A stretch of 64,000 nucleotides of DNA from Bacilli bacterium. GTDB taxonomy: Bacteria; Bacillota_I; Bacilli_A; RFN20; CAG-826. Where the stretch lies: assembly GCA_045597865.1 (NCBI GenBank), contig JAZLKX010000025.1, positions 96,001-160,000 on the forward strand, given 5' to 3'. The translations under genes and the position numbers were made by a program. Of this stretch, positions 44,558 through 56,200 are shown piece by piece (position 1 is the stretch's first letter; every line of letters starts with the position of its first letter). The notes beneath the pieces are model-generated. The model worked only from the letters and a program-made list of their open reading frames with translations. It had not been told where the DNA came from and ran no database searches.

Positions 44558-45495
44558 TGAGAAAAAGAATAGCTTTAATGTTAGTTTCTTCTGGCATTAT
44601 TTTTGCTAGTGCTTTTGGCGCTACTTCTGCAAGCTGGGCGGTTACTGATAATGCTGATGCGTTTGGTGTAAAAATTGGAATTAATGTCCCTACTATAAAA
44701 CATACAATTACTTATTACATTCCTGATATTTCGGATCAAACATTTAAAAATTACACAAGTGCTTCAATCTCTGTTGATGAAGGCACAAATTTGTATACCG
44801 CATTGAACGATTATACTGGTGAAGTTAATGGTTTTAACTTTGTTAATTGGCATGAATCTGCTCAACATTTAAGAACTGATGATACAACTCAAGACATTGT
44901 AGCAGACACTGCAACTGTTACTGGAGACATTACAGTTTACGGTAAATTTGTTAAATCTAATACTTTCTATTATTACGACACAACGCATCACTATGTAACT
45001 TCAACAACAAATGATGTAACAATTTCAACAAAAACCGCTTATGTGGGTGATTACATTTATTCTCTTGATGGTGTTGAAGGACATTCTAGAGATTTAATTA
45101 CTGATTCCGGTATTTATAAGCTCGAAAAAACTACTGATAATTGGAATATCTTAAGAAAGGTTTCTTTTGGGATTGATTCCGTTAGTTCTTGGTGGACAGG
45201 TAGTGGCGCCCATACTCATATATACTATGAAAATACTTCAGGTGCAGGTGCATTTAAAACGGAAGTAGCATTTAGCGGTAATAAAGCTACTTACTACTTT
45301 AATTATGATGTTAATAAGTTTGTTGTTTGTAGATCTCCATCAAGTTCTACAGATTGGAATCAATTTTGGAATCAAACAATTGATACAACTTTAAAAACAC
45401 AAAGTACCGGAAGTACTACATATAATAAAGAACACATAACTTTATACGTCCAAGATAGCAAAACAGATAATAAACAAAATATTAACTGGTGGTAA
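44557..45495 (+). CDS. second SipW-dependent secreted subunit (B-repeat-like and CBM-like domains)
   Basis: Signal FGATSA-SW; mature N-terminus WAVTDNADAFGVK nearly identical to 41898 (WAVTDNADPFGIK); GFNFVNW; WW..HIYY..FVVCR..WNQT. Confidence 0.75.
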   Translation: MRKRIALMLVSSGIIFASAFGATSASWAVTDNADAFGVKIGINVPTIKHTITYYIPDISDQTFKNYTSASISVDEGTNLYTALNDYTGEVNGFNFVNWHESAQHLRTDDTTQDIVADTATVTGDITVYGKFVKSNTFYYYDTTHHYVTSTTNDVTISTKTAYVGDYIYSLDGVEGHSRDLITDSGIYKLEKTTDNWNILRKVSFGIDSVSSWWTGSGAHTHIYYENTSGAGAFKTEVAFSGNKATYYFNYDVNKFVVCRSPSSSTDWNQFWNQTIDTTLKTQSTGSTTYNKEHITLYVQDSKTDNKQNINWW

Positions 45496-45521
45496 AAAAA
45501 GGAACCTCAGGGTTCCTTTTT
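45494..45521. terminator. bidirectional terminator
   Basis: AAAAGGAACC/GGTTCCTTTT. Confidence 0.85.
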
Positions 45522-46101
45522 AAATTCTAATTTTCTTAATTTTATAATCGCCACTAAGCGAGATAAATGCAAGTTTGTAATTGTCTTCAATAGTAATAGA
45601 AGCTGCATCTTCTATGTTGGTATCTTTAAGTGGAGTTCCATCAAATTTGAAAACTGCTTCTTTAATTGTCCAAAGTGAATAGAATGCATCTTTTTGATTT
45701 TGCGATTTTTGGAAAAGCTTTTCATCTTCTTCATTAAATACTAGCTTTCTAGAATCATAATTTACTTCTCTCATTTCTTGTATGTCAACACCAACTAATT
45801 TATCTGAAATTGCAACTGCTACAAAATCACCAGAATGAGAAAGCGAAAAATACAATGGGCACCCTTCTAAAAATGGTTTACCGTTTTCATCATATTTGAA
45901 TTCGAAATTACATGATTTTACACCTAGTTTTTTCAAAGATTTTATAAGTAAAAGATAAACTGCAGCAGAAAGTTTTTTAGCATGTTCATCTTGTAATTTA
46001 TTAACCTTATCTACTCTAATTTTAGGTAACGAAACAAGGGCTTTTTTAAGGTTAAATTTGTCAACTTTTGCGTAAAATATTTTTGTAAAATTTTCTTGCA
46101 T
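45520..46101 (-). CDS. Sfp-type 4'-phosphopantetheinyl transferase
   Basis: NGKPFL, FSLSHSG, VGVDIQ, WTIKEAVFK. Confidence 0.9.
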   Translation of the reverse strand: MQENFTKIFYAKVDKFNLKKALVSLPKIRVDKVNKLQDEHAKKLSAAVYLLLIKSLKKLGVKSCNFEFKYDENGKPFLEGCPLYFSLSHSGDFVAVAISDKLVGVDIQEMREVNYDSRKLVFNEEDEKLFQKSQNQKDAFYSLWTIKEAVFKFDGTPLKDTNIEDAASITIEDNYKLAFISLSGDYKIKKIRI

Positions 46102-46232
46102 ATCTTTATTATAAAATAACAAAAAATAGTTTTCTATTTCTTTCTTGCGCGCTTATTAGTAAAATTAATATTGAATAAGATATAAAAATCCTATTCCCAT
46201 TCAAAAATTTGAAAGGAAAAAACTGAGAAAAT

Positions 46233-46466
46233 ATGTGCTTTTTTCACAAAAATCACCGAGAAATCCCTAATATTTCTTCAAAATTCCATGTTGGAGATTT
46301 TGTTGATTTTTGGCATAGAGATGATGTCTATTTTGGCATAGTAAGTAATGTTGAAAAAGTGAGTGAGAATAGCGTAACATATGATATAGATATTGCTGGA
46401 CAATGCCCAACAACATTTACTAAAATAACTGAAGAAAAAGTTATTAGAATTCATAAGGAAAATTAA
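46233..46466 (+). CDS. small hypothetical protein (SH3-like barrel possible)
   Basis: KFHVGDFVDF..FGIV..V..YDI pattern; 1 nt before the next gene. Confidence 0.6.
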   Translation: MCFFHKNHREIPNISSKFHVGDFVDFWHRDDVYFGIVSNVEKVSENSVTYDIDIAGQCPTTFTKITEEKVIRIHKEN

Positions 46467-46467
46467 A

Positions 46468-46887
46468 ATGGAAAACAAGGTAAAAAAAGATCTTAAACAT
46501 TATTTAATTGCAGGTGCTATTGCCCTTGGTTTAGGCATTGGTTTTTTCTGTTTATTTTTCTTTGTTAGAGCTCCGCAAGTTGGATATGGTTTGCTTAACT
46601 GGCAAGACTCTACAATTATTGTTGGAATTATTTTAGTTTCTATTGGCGGTTTAATGGCCGTTGGTAGAGAGGGATTCTTCGATATTTTTGCTTATGGTTT
46701 TAAACAAATTGGTGGAGCTTTATTTTCTAAAAATCCACGTGCTTATAATGACTTTCCTGGATATAGAGAAGATAAGAAGACTCAACGCAAAGCCTCTCCT
46801 AAATTATTTATTTCTGTATTAATTATTGGAGCGGCATTTTTGCTAGCATCTCTTTGTATTTATCTTGCCTACGTTTGGGCGCTTTAA
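46468..46887 (+). CDS. DUF3899-like 3-TM membrane protein
   Basis: GFFDIFAYGFK motif after the second TM. Confidence 0.7.
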   Translation: MENKVKKDLKHYLIAGAIALGLGIGFFCLFFFVRAPQVGYGLLNWQDSTIIVGIILVSIGGLMAVGREGFFDIFAYGFKQIGGALFSKNPRAYNDFPGYREDKKTQRKASPKLFISVLIIGAAFLLASLCIYLAYVWAL

Positions 46888-46973
46888 TTCAAAATAAAAA
46901 AAATTTGTTGACTTCCGCTCGCATATGCCTATAATATGCGTAATTATTTTTTATGCGAAAGGAGGAAATTTGT

Positions 46974-48977
46974 ATGAAAAATAAGTTAATGGGCTTATTT
47001 GCTCTAGCATCATGCGTGATGCTTGCAGGTTGTGGCGAAAATCCAGGTCCTGGTCCAGATCCAGAACATCAACATTCCTTCTCAACTGAATGGAAATCTG
47101 ATGATTCAAAACACTGGCATGAATGTTCATGTGGTGAAAAAGCTGATGAAGCAGACCACGTAGACGAGGACAACAATGGAAAATGTGACGCTTGTGAACA
47201 CAGTGTCCCAAAGAAAGATCCTTTAATTGAAATCAAAGATTTACCAACTGATTTAGTTAATGGTGACGAAATTGATTTAGCAAATTACATCACAGTTAAA
47301 TATGGAAAAACTTCTTCATATTCAATTAACTTTGATGATGAATCATTTTCAATGATTACTCAATTAACTGATACAAAAATTAGAGTTGATCAATCTGGAA
47401 CAATTAAATTTACAGTTGATTATTCAGGAAAATCTCAAGAAGCTTCTCTTGTTGTCGGTTCTAAATTGGTCAAGGATTTTGTTACTGCAGTTAAAAATGC
47501 AGGATATGACTATGCCGAAATTTACCAAGATGACTATGATGACTATCACTGGGAAAACTATGGTGAAAAATTTATTATTGATAGCTTTTACACCGATGAA
47601 CCAGCTTATGGTTACTTGGAAGCTCCAGATGAGAAAGTATATTCTTATGAGTTAGATGATGAAGGTAATTTTACTTTTAGCATTACCGGAAATGAACCAG
47701 AATTTATTTCCGATTATTCAAAACCATTAGATCTTCCTCTCAGCGGATACGAAGTTTGTGTTGAAGGAACAGGTTCAAAGGCATTTGAATACTTAAGATT
47801 GGATGAAAATGATGAAGGAATTGTTAGAAATATTCTTCTTAATTTCTACAATATTAGTGAAGAATCACTCGATGCAGTATTAACTGAATACAATTTATCT
47901 ATTTCATCTTTCCAAGTAATTCCAGATGTCTTAGAAATTGAAGAAGGTGTTGAAATGGCAATTTACGACACATATGCATTTGTTATAGACAACGATCCAG
48001 AAAGTCAATACTTTGGTCAAGAACTTTGGCTTTCTAATACATGGCTTTCATTTGATTCCGATTTCTTCTTTAGAGATGAAGTTCAAGCTTATATTGATAG
48101 CGGTGAACAACCAACAAGTGCATTTGCTCTTGATGTCAAAGACATTGCAGCAGCAATTAATAAACACAATTATACAATTACATATGATTATGGTTGGTAT
48201 GATTGTTCAGTCAGTCCTGATGGAATGAGCTTAATTCGTGGTGAAAAACGCGATGATAACCCATTTGTTGATGGTTCTACAACTGGATATTACATTCACG
48301 ATTACTACAACGCTATTGGTAGTTTCAACGTTTACGTTGGAGAAGACAAAACATTCTCTGATGTTCCACATGAAAATGGTTATGGATTAATTAACCATGA
48401 TGTTGGTGAAGGCGTCTATGAAGGCTATGAATATAACGGAAATTCTACCGATGGTTATAAAGCATCAAAAGAATCAACTGGTTTTGATTTATATGATGAA
48501 GAAAACGACTTTTTGTATTACAACTATCAATTCTTAACTGGTGCCGAAATTGGTGAATGGCCATCAGTTTATGAAAGCTTATTTATCAACAATAAAGTTG
48601 ATAATGGAGATGGCAGCTTTACATTTGAATTAGGTGGTGCCTCAGCATTTGATCTCTTTGATTGCTTATTCTTAGAATCAGTTAACGATGGTGCTTATCC
48701 ACAAGGTGAAGAAGGAGAAAATCCTTCATTTGCATTATTCAACAGTTTAAATATTGTTGCTGAGTTTATTCTTGAACAAGGAATGGATATCTATTTTGAC
48801 TTAGAAATTACTGAGAAATATAGTGGTGAAGATCTCATTGGACTTACCTTTGATTTCTTCTGGTTTGACGCTCCTGAAGATTATTCTGAATATTATCAAT
48901 ATGTTATGAGCGCAGACATTGATTTCACACAATGTGATATGCCAGTATTTGATGTCAATTTCCCAGTCGCTGCATAA
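46974..48977 (+). CDS. acidic lipoprotein with N-terminal His/Cys-rich module
   Basis: RBS AAGGAGG, lipobox LAGC, HQHSFSTEW..HWHECSCGE..H..KCDAC. Confidence 0.8.
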   Translation: MKNKLMGLFALASCVMLAGCGENPGPGPDPEHQHSFSTEWKSDDSKHWHECSCGEKADEADHVDEDNNGKCDACEHSVPKKDPLIEIKDLPTDLVNGDEIDLANYITVKYGKTSSYSINFDDESFSMITQLTDTKIRVDQSGTIKFTVDYSGKSQEASLVVGSKLVKDFVTAVKNAGYDYAEIYQDDYDDYHWENYGEKFIIDSFYTDEPAYGYLEAPDEKVYSYELDDEGNFTFSITGNEPEFISDYSKPLDLPLSGYEVCVEGTGSKAFEYLRLDENDEGIVRNILLNFYNISEESLDAVLTEYNLSISSFQVIPDVLEIEEGVEMAIYDTYAFVIDNDPESQYFGQELWLSNTWLSFDSDFFFRDEVQAYIDSGEQPTSAFALDVKDIAAAINKHNYTITYDYGWYDCSVSPDGMSLIRGEKRDDNPFVDGSTTGYYIHDYYNAIGSFNVYVGEDKTFSDVPHENGYGLINHDVGEGVYEGYEYNGNSTDGYKASKESTGFDLYDEENDFLYYNYQFLTGAEIGEWPSVYESLFINNKVDNGDGSFTFELGGASAFDLFDCLFLESVNDGAYPQGEEGENPSFALFNSLNIVAEFILEQGMDIYFDLEITEKYSGEDLIGLTFDFFWFDAPEDYSEYYQYVMSADIDFTQCDMPVFDVNFPVAA

Positions 48978-49001
48978 GTAAGTATATTTGTAGACAAATA
49001 T

Positions 49002-49029
49002 AAGAGCACTTGCAAAAGTGCTCTTTTTT
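49002..49029 (+). terminator. intrinsic terminator
   Basis: AAGAGCACTT/AAGTGCTCTT plus T-run. Confidence 0.85.
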
Positions 49030-49151
49030 GTTGTCATAATACCATCACTTTTCATAGAAAAAATAAATTATTATTTGCATTCCTACGTACATGAGTGTAT
49101 AATACCAAAGATTTTTCATAAGAAAAATAACTCAAAAAGGAGGAACAAGAT

Positions 49152-52100
49152 ATGCTAAAAGTTGGATTACTCTGCGGTGTAATTGCAGCCATGTCAGCAA
49201 CCGGTGTCAAAGCCAGTCTTGATGCTAGAGTTGAATCAAAGCCTTGCGATGCTAGATTCATTGTTGAACTCAAGGAAGACATCGAGAATTTAACTGCTGA
49301 TGAAGCAATCAAACAACAAGATTCTGTCATTAGAAAAATTAAAAGACAGATCAACTCAAACGTTGTCAAAGATCGTAACTTCACAATCTTAAATAACGCA
49401 TTTGTCATTAAAGCAAATAAGAGTGACAAAGAAGCAATCTTAGATATTCCAGGTGTTAAAGAGGTCACAGAAGATGGCCAACACGTTGTAAAACATACTG
49501 AAGGTTCTAATGGATTTACAATCTCAGTAAATGGTTCAGGAGATGGAGGATCAACAATTGATCTTTCACAAAACGCTTCTTCCATTACAATGAAAAAACC
49601 TGATAATACTAATGATGGTGAAGGTACATTAATTGCAGTCTTAGATAACGAATTCTATTTAAGAGCTGAACACAAAGAAAATGGTGTTACAGTACCATCC
49701 TATAGTCATGTGACATTCACTGACTTAGATAAAAGTGTTCATACTCGTATCCCTAACTTCACACAAATGAAGAAAAGGGCTGCTAATACTTATGCAATCA
49801 AAAAACAAATTAGTACTGCAGACCTTGGAGAAGAAGGATCCTTATACTTCAATAGAAAGGTTCCATTCTACTATGACTATGCTGGTGATTCCTACACAGG
49901 TTCATCAAGCGGTGCAGTAGAGGACTTCGATGTCGAATCAAAGATTGATTTACACGGTTCACACGTTGCATCTATTGCAGCAGGTAATGACCCAGATTAT
50001 AAAGGTATCGCTCCAAAGGCTCAGCTTGCATTAATGAAAGTCTTCACTGACGTTCATTCAACTCCAGCAAGTGATGCAGCAGGAAACGGAAAATACGGTT
50101 CATTCTCTGAAATTGGATTCATCACAGCTCTCGAAGATGCTATTGCATTAAAGGTTGACGCAATCAACGTATCAATTGGTAGTGACTTAGCAGACTTCGA
50201 ACAAGGTTCTATTTCTCAAAGAACACTTGATAAAATTGCAAAAGCCGGAATTCTTAGTGCAATTTCCGCTGGTAACGGTGGTAAATCATCCTATGCATTT
50301 ACAGGCGGTTACGCAAACTGGACACAGGATATGGTTGAAACAGGTGTCATGGGATCATTTGCAAATAATGCTTCCACAATGACAATCGCATCTGGACAAC
50401 CAGAGTGGACATTCTACGAAAACTCATTAAGAATCGGTGATCAAGTTGTTCCATATGAAGACCAAATCGTTAATCGTGATGGTGAAGCTGAGGATTATAC
50501 CGAAGAACACAGAATGCAACAACTCATTACTGAGAGCATTGATCCAGATTTAGAACCAACTCCAGAACAACAATTAAAAGAGATTGGTTACGTTTACGTA
50601 AAAGGATTTGGTGAAAAGAAAGACTACGATAAGAAAGACCTTTCTAATAAGGTTGCAATCGTAAACCGTGGTAAAACTTCTTTCGCTGAGAAATATGCTG
50701 CAGCAGAAGAAGCTGGCGCATCAGCCCTTCTTATCATCAATAACGACCCAACAGAAAACGACTTCACATTCAGATGTGACTTCGGTGATGAAAAAGGTTC
50801 AATTAATAAACCAGTTGCTCTTGTCTTATTTAAAGACAAACCATTCTTCGAGGCAAATCCTGAAGGCAAGTTCATGGTTAAGAAAAACACATCAAGTGTT
50901 AACAAACTCGCTAATACAATCAGTGATTTCTCAACTGAAGGTGCAACATATGATCTTGATTTAAAACCAGAAATCACAACACCAGGTTCAAATATTAAAG
51001 GTGCTGTCTGGCCACAAAACAAGAAAGAAAAATTACCAGAAAACAAATTTAAGTCATATGAGTACTTCAACGGTACATCAATGGCTGCACCAAACTACGA
51101 AGGTGCAATGGCAGTTGTTCTTTCCAAGGTCACTAAAGATTTAGTTGCAGATAACAGAGTTACTGACGAGGAAGAACAAGCAATTCTCGATTATAGAAAA
51201 ACTATTAATATGAGAATGATGTCAACAGCAATTCCAATGCATGACTACGAGAAAAATCAAGAAGATAATCAAAACACTCTCACTTCTCCACGTATGCAAG
51301 GTGCTGGTATGGTCAACCTCGACGGCGCATATAATACCGAAGTTTATGTAAAAGGTTCTGATACAAATAGACCAGACGAAGAACTTGATACATCTAAGAT
51401 CTTACTTAGAAACTCTGAAGGAATTGCCAAAGGCAATATCAAACTTAACTTCACAGTTGTTAATGAATCAAGCTCAGAAAAGTCATTTGCAATTAAATAT
51501 AACGTTATGAGACCAGCATTAGCTAAGTCTAATAAGGTCTTAACTGATGACTACGCTGCTCCAATTGAAGTAAGCGATGTTAGAAACTTTACTGGATGGG
51601 AATATTATGCTCCAGAAGAACATAAGGTTGTCGTCGCAGACGGTAAAGCAAACTACAAAGATGTCTTCAAAGTTGCAAAAGATATTGAATACTACGCAAC
51701 AGAAGCAGCTTACCTTGCAGAAACACCAGATGGTGTTATCAAAGAAGGCTTATACTACTGTGCTGATGAAAATCCTCAAGAAGGACAAAAAGTCAATTGG
51801 CAAATTTGTCCAGATTATGACTATCAATCAGTTAAGGATGTTCAAATTGCAGAAGTAAATGGACCAACAATTACTGTTCCAGCAAACGGTTCACTTAAAG
51901 TTTCACTTGATGAATTTGCAATCCCAGAAGATGCAAAGGCAAAAATTGAAGAATTATATGCAACTGGAACATTCATTGAAGGTTTCGTCTCATTAAAGGC
52001 TCAAGGAAGTTATCCAGACTTATCAGTCCCATATATGGGATTCTACTCATTAACTGATAAACACGCTGATTATGATTACTCAACTCCAGAAGTTGTAGAA

Positions 52101-53297
52101 CCATTCGAATTTGAAAAAGATTCTCACAAAATCTATGGTTCAGACTTAATCAACGATGTTGCAAAATCTCTTCTTGGTAAAGATAACGTCGAATACGGTT
52201 CACTTATGATGGCAGGTTATGCTAAGAACATCAAAAACATCAATACTGATAAGATTCTTACAAATGATTTGTCATTCAAGCAACTTGATGGATTCTACCC
52301 AGTTGGTACAGCTCCAACCGAAAATAAATCCATTAACAACTACACTGAAATGCCAAGCAACGACATTTATGTCGGTAACCCACTTAAATCAAATACTCTC
52401 ATCATTCAACAATTTGTTATGAGATCTGTAGCAGACAACTACTACACAATCACAAACAAAGCTACAGGTGAAGAAGTTTACCGTAATGCATTAACAGATA
52501 TGTTATTCGGTACAACAATGGGCAAAGCAAACCTTTATAAATCCCACGTTGATGCTGATTACCTTGGTGCAGGTTATGTTGCTCATAGAGCTGTCTCAAT
52601 TGCTCCACTTTATAACCCAGAAACAAAAGTTCCATTTGCTTCAGGTGATTATGAACTCAAGTTCAACTATCAACTCGCAGGAACAGGTAAATGGGTAAGC
52701 AAAGCTTACACACTTCATATTGATGCTGAAAGCCCACTTGTATCATCAATTGTCGACTTTAAAGAAGGCGGTGTTGATAAAGTTCGTATTACATTTAAGG
52801 ATACGCGCTGCGCATACGCACTTGTTGGCTCAAATAAAGTTGAAGTTAAGTATGACGAAAAACAAAAAGTTTATTACGCTGATGTAAACAAAGCTATTGT
52901 TGATTCAGCAATTAATAAAAATGCTACTGAATTCTCAAGCTCAAGACTTATTATCAGAGCTTACGACTATGCTCGTGGAGAAACAGTTGCAATTGTCCAC
53001 TTTAGTGGAAATGACTATTCTCACTACACCTTAGCACAAGGACAAGGCTTCTCAACAAATGCCGACTTCACATATGAAAACGATGTCTTAAAGATTTACG
53101 AATTTAATGAAGATGGCACAAAAGTAGAAGTTACAAACGTAAATGGATTTAATTACGTTAGTGGTGATGTCGAAAAACAAAACGACACAGCCTTAATCCT
53201 TGGCTTATCTATCGGAGGCGGTGTGCTTGTCCTCGGTGGAATAGGTGTTGGTATATTCTTCTTATTAAAGAAGAAAAAAATTATTGGAGGTAAATAA
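49152..53297 (+). CDS. cell-envelope S8 serine protease (lactocepin/C5a-peptidase-like) with propeptide, PA domain and C-terminal TM anchor
   Basis: IAVLD, HGSHVASIAAG, SAGNG, LKPEITTPG, NGTSMAAP, SPRMQGAG; TM plus KKKK tail. Confidence 0.92.
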   Translation: MLKVGLLCGVIAAMSATGVKASLDARVESKPCDARFIVELKEDIENLTADEAIKQQDSVIRKIKRQINSNVVKDRNFTILNNAFVIKANKSDKEAILDIPGVKEVTEDGQHVVKHTEGSNGFTISVNGSGDGGSTIDLSQNASSITMKKPDNTNDGEGTLIAVLDNEFYLRAEHKENGVTVPSYSHVTFTDLDKSVHTRIPNFTQMKKRAANTYAIKKQISTADLGEEGSLYFNRKVPFYYDYAGDSYTGSSSGAVEDFDVESKIDLHGSHVASIAAGNDPDYKGIAPKAQLALMKVFTDVHSTPASDAAGNGKYGSFSEIGFITALEDAIALKVDAINVSIGSDLADFEQGSISQRTLDKIAKAGILSAISAGNGGKSSYAFTGGYANWTQDMVETGVMGSFANNASTMTIASGQPEWTFYENSLRIGDQVVPYEDQIVNRDGEAEDYTEEHRMQQLITESIDPDLEPTPEQQLKEIGYVYVKGFGEKKDYDKKDLSNKVAIVNRGKTSFAEKYAAAEEAGASALLIINNDPTENDFTFRCDFGDEKGSINKPVALVLFKDKPFFEANPEGKFMVKKNTSSVNKLANTISDFSTEGATYDLDLKPEITTPGSNIKGAVWPQNKKEKLPENKFKSYEYFNGTSMAAPNYEGAMAVVLSKVTKDLVADNRVTDEEEQAILDYRKTINMRMMSTAIPMHDYEKNQEDNQNTLTSPRMQGAGMVNLDGAYNTEVYVKGSDTNRPDEELDTSKILLRNSEGIAKGNIKLNFTVVNESSSEKSFAIKYNVMRPALAKSNKVLTDDYAAPIEVSDVRNFTGWEYYAPEEHKVVVADGKANYKDVFKVAKDIEYYATEAAYLAETPDGVIKEGLYYCADENPQEGQKVNWQICPDYDYQSVKDVQIAEVNGPTITVPANGSLKVSLDEFAIPEDAKAKIEELYATGTFIEGFVSLKAQGSYPDLSVPYMGFYSLTDKHADYDYSTPEVVEPFEFEKDSHKIYGSDLINDVAKSLLGKDNVEYGSLMMAGYAKNIKNINTDKILTNDLSFKQLDGFYPVGTAPTENKSINNYTEMPSNDIYVGNPLKSNTLIIQQFVMRSVADNYYTITNKATGEEVYRNALTDMLFGTTMGKANLYKSHVDADYLGAGYVAHRAVSIAPLYNPETKVPFASGDYELKFNYQLAGTGKWVSKAYTLHIDAESPLVSSIVDFKEGGVDKVRITFKDTRCAYALVGSNKVEVKYDEKQKVYYADVNKAIVDSAINKNATEFSSSRLIIRAYDYARGETVAIVHFSGNDYSHYTLAQGQGFSTNADFTYENDVLKIYEFNEDGTKVEVTNVNGFNYVSGDVEKQNDTALILGLSIGGGVLVLGGIGVGIFFLLKKKKIIGGK

Positions 53298-53299
53298 AA

Positions 53300-56200
53300 A
53301 TGAAAAAAGGAAAATTACTTAAAACCTCAATTGTACTTGCTCTTGCGGGAGTAGGTGCAGCCTCATGTCTTGCTGGATGTGGAAAAGAAGATCCAAAAGC
53401 AGAAGTTGCTTTTGCTTTCTCAATTGGTCTTAGATCTGGCAAAAACGAATTCCGTGTAGGACAAACTGACCAAATCGTTGTCTATGACAATGGTGGTAAA
53501 GATTCAGCAAATCGTTCCTACAAATATTATTCATCAAATCCAAGCGTTGCTTCTGTTGATGAAAATACTGGTGCTGTTAGCTTTAATAGTCCAGGAAATG
53601 ATGTTTCTTTCTATGTTAAAGAAAGCAAAGTTTCTAACCCAGCTCAACTTGTTAAGCCAGTTAACGTCATCGCAAATAATGTTGGCAATGCAGATGGTGG
53701 ATTTAACTTTGCAAGTGCATCTGGAGATGCAGCAATTGCAAAAAGAACAGAAATCCTTGGTAAACTTGAAAAATACACCATGGATTCACATTTAACAGGT
53801 ATCACACTTTTCGATAATGGTGGTCTTGTTAGATATTCTGATCGTGTTGTCTTACCAACTGGTGGTAAATATGTCACAGGTTATGGTTTCGGTCTTCTTA
53901 CCGAAGGTAGTCTTGATCCATCAAAACCATTAACTGGTACTGACGGACAAAAGAACAAAGATTATTTACATAGTGCTATTGCTCAAGACTCACTTAAGAT
54001 TAACCAATACACAGCTACTGGTTCTCAAGTTTCTGACTTAGCAAGCTACATTACCTCAACCTATTGGGGCACAAAGCTCAAAGGTTTAGGTTATGAATGG
54101 ACTCCAGTTCTTGCAGCTGATGAAGTTTACCCAGTTTCAGTTGCAGCTGATGGTTCAGTTTCCTTGGATAAATCCAAGAAAGTTCCAAATAGTGAACCAA
54201 TTCCAATGGAACCTGAAAATGATCTTAAGATGTATAAGAAGTGGAGAATTTACGTCAAAACTGATGGCGACGTTAATGGTTCAGTTCTTAAATTCCATCA
54301 AAAGGTTGTAAGCGGTGATTCTGTCGTTGCAGGTCCTCTTGATAATGTTCCAGTCACAATTGATGACTACATCTTCCCATACAAGATGTTATTAACAGGC
54401 TCTAATGCTGTTATTCGTGGTACAGAAATGGCTAACGATTCATCTTATGGTATTAAAGGTGCTGCAAGATACTTCTCTGATACAAAATCAGAATTAAACA
54501 TTGATAAAATCAATGAAAAGTGGAATACAGCAGTTAGTGGTAACAAACTTGGTATTCACTCTGGTAGTGATGAAAATGGTGCATACCTTGATATTGAATT
54601 AATCAATGCTATTGACTCATTCACAGCAATGTATACATTGTCATCAAGCTTAGTTTCACCTCTTCCACAAAAGATGTTTATTGGTGCAGACGCAGTTGTT
54701 CCAAATGATTTCAAAAAATCAGCAACTTACTACGGCACATTCAATAACGGTGCTAATAACGATATTCTTAAATATACCGTTTCTTGTGGTCCATTCACTT
54801 TATCTAAATGGGAAAAGAACCAACAAATCGTTTTCGATCGTAATGACGATTGGTTCGAATATAAGAAACCAGATGGCACTTTAACAGGTAGATACAACAT
54901 TCCAGGTATTTATTACCGTGTTATCGATGTTTCCCAAAACCCAGAAAAGACTTGGGATCAATTCGAAGAAGGTAACCTTGACTCAGTCGGCGTTCCAATT
55001 AAAAAAGTCGCTGAATGGAAAGGAAAACCAGGTATTTATGAAACAGAAGGTGATTCAACATTTAAATTAAATGTTAACTCCTGTACACAAGAACAATGGA
55101 ATGAAAAATTTGGTCCAAATGGTTCAATTTCTGCAAACTCAAACTGGGATATTAAACCATGGATGTCAAATGCAAACTTCCTTGATGGCTTATTCTACTC
55201 AATCGATAGAAAACAATTCGCAGATAAGCGTGGTGTTAAACCATCAATTAACTATTTCTCAGATTCATACATGGCAGACCCACAAAAGGGTATTTCATAT
55301 AACTCAACTCAAGCACACAAAGATGCAGTTAAGGGTTATGAAACAATTGACGAAAACGGCATTTCTGACTATGGTTATGATTTCGACAAAGCATTGTCAT
55401 GCTTTAGAAATGCAGTTAAACAATTATCTGATGCAAATAAGATTGCTTTAGGTACTAAAGAAAATCCAACCGAAATCCATATTCATATTAGATGGATGTA
55501 TCAAACCGATATTAAAGAGTACGGTGAAGATATTAAGTTCTACTTCGAAAAGGCATTCAATGATGATGCTGTTTGTGGTGGAAAAGTTAAACTCGTTGTT
55601 GACCAAGACGCAGTTACAAACTGGGAAGACGTTTACAACGAATGGATGATGAAAGGTCAATTCGACCTTGGTTTCGGTGCTATTTCCGGTAACACATTCA
55701 ACCCACTTAACTTTATGGAAGTTTTAAAGAGCGATAACTCTTCAAGCTTCACACTTAACTGGGGTGCTGATACAGGAAAAATTGATCCACTTCACCCAAT
55801 CGTCTATGACGATGGTAAAGGTGCAAAAGAATGGTCATTCGATGGACTTTGGGAAGTCGCAGACCATGGTGGAATCTTATCAAAAGGCGTTAAAGTTGAA
55901 CCAGTCAAATCAGCAAGAGTTGACATTGATTGCTTTACAAGAGGTGGAGAGATGATCGAAAATGGTGATCTTTACTCAGGCGCATTTGATTTATCACTTC
56001 CAATTGAATTCGTTAAATTCGGTTCTGGCGATAGTGATATCTTTGATATCAATAGAGTTGATGCTTACATTGTTGGTAAGGGAAATACAACTTTAGGTGA
56101 AAAATCTGAAGGTACTCTCACATACGATAAAGCAAATAAAAAGATTATTATTCATGTCTCTGATCAAATGGCAAAAGACATCAATGATGACATTATTTCA

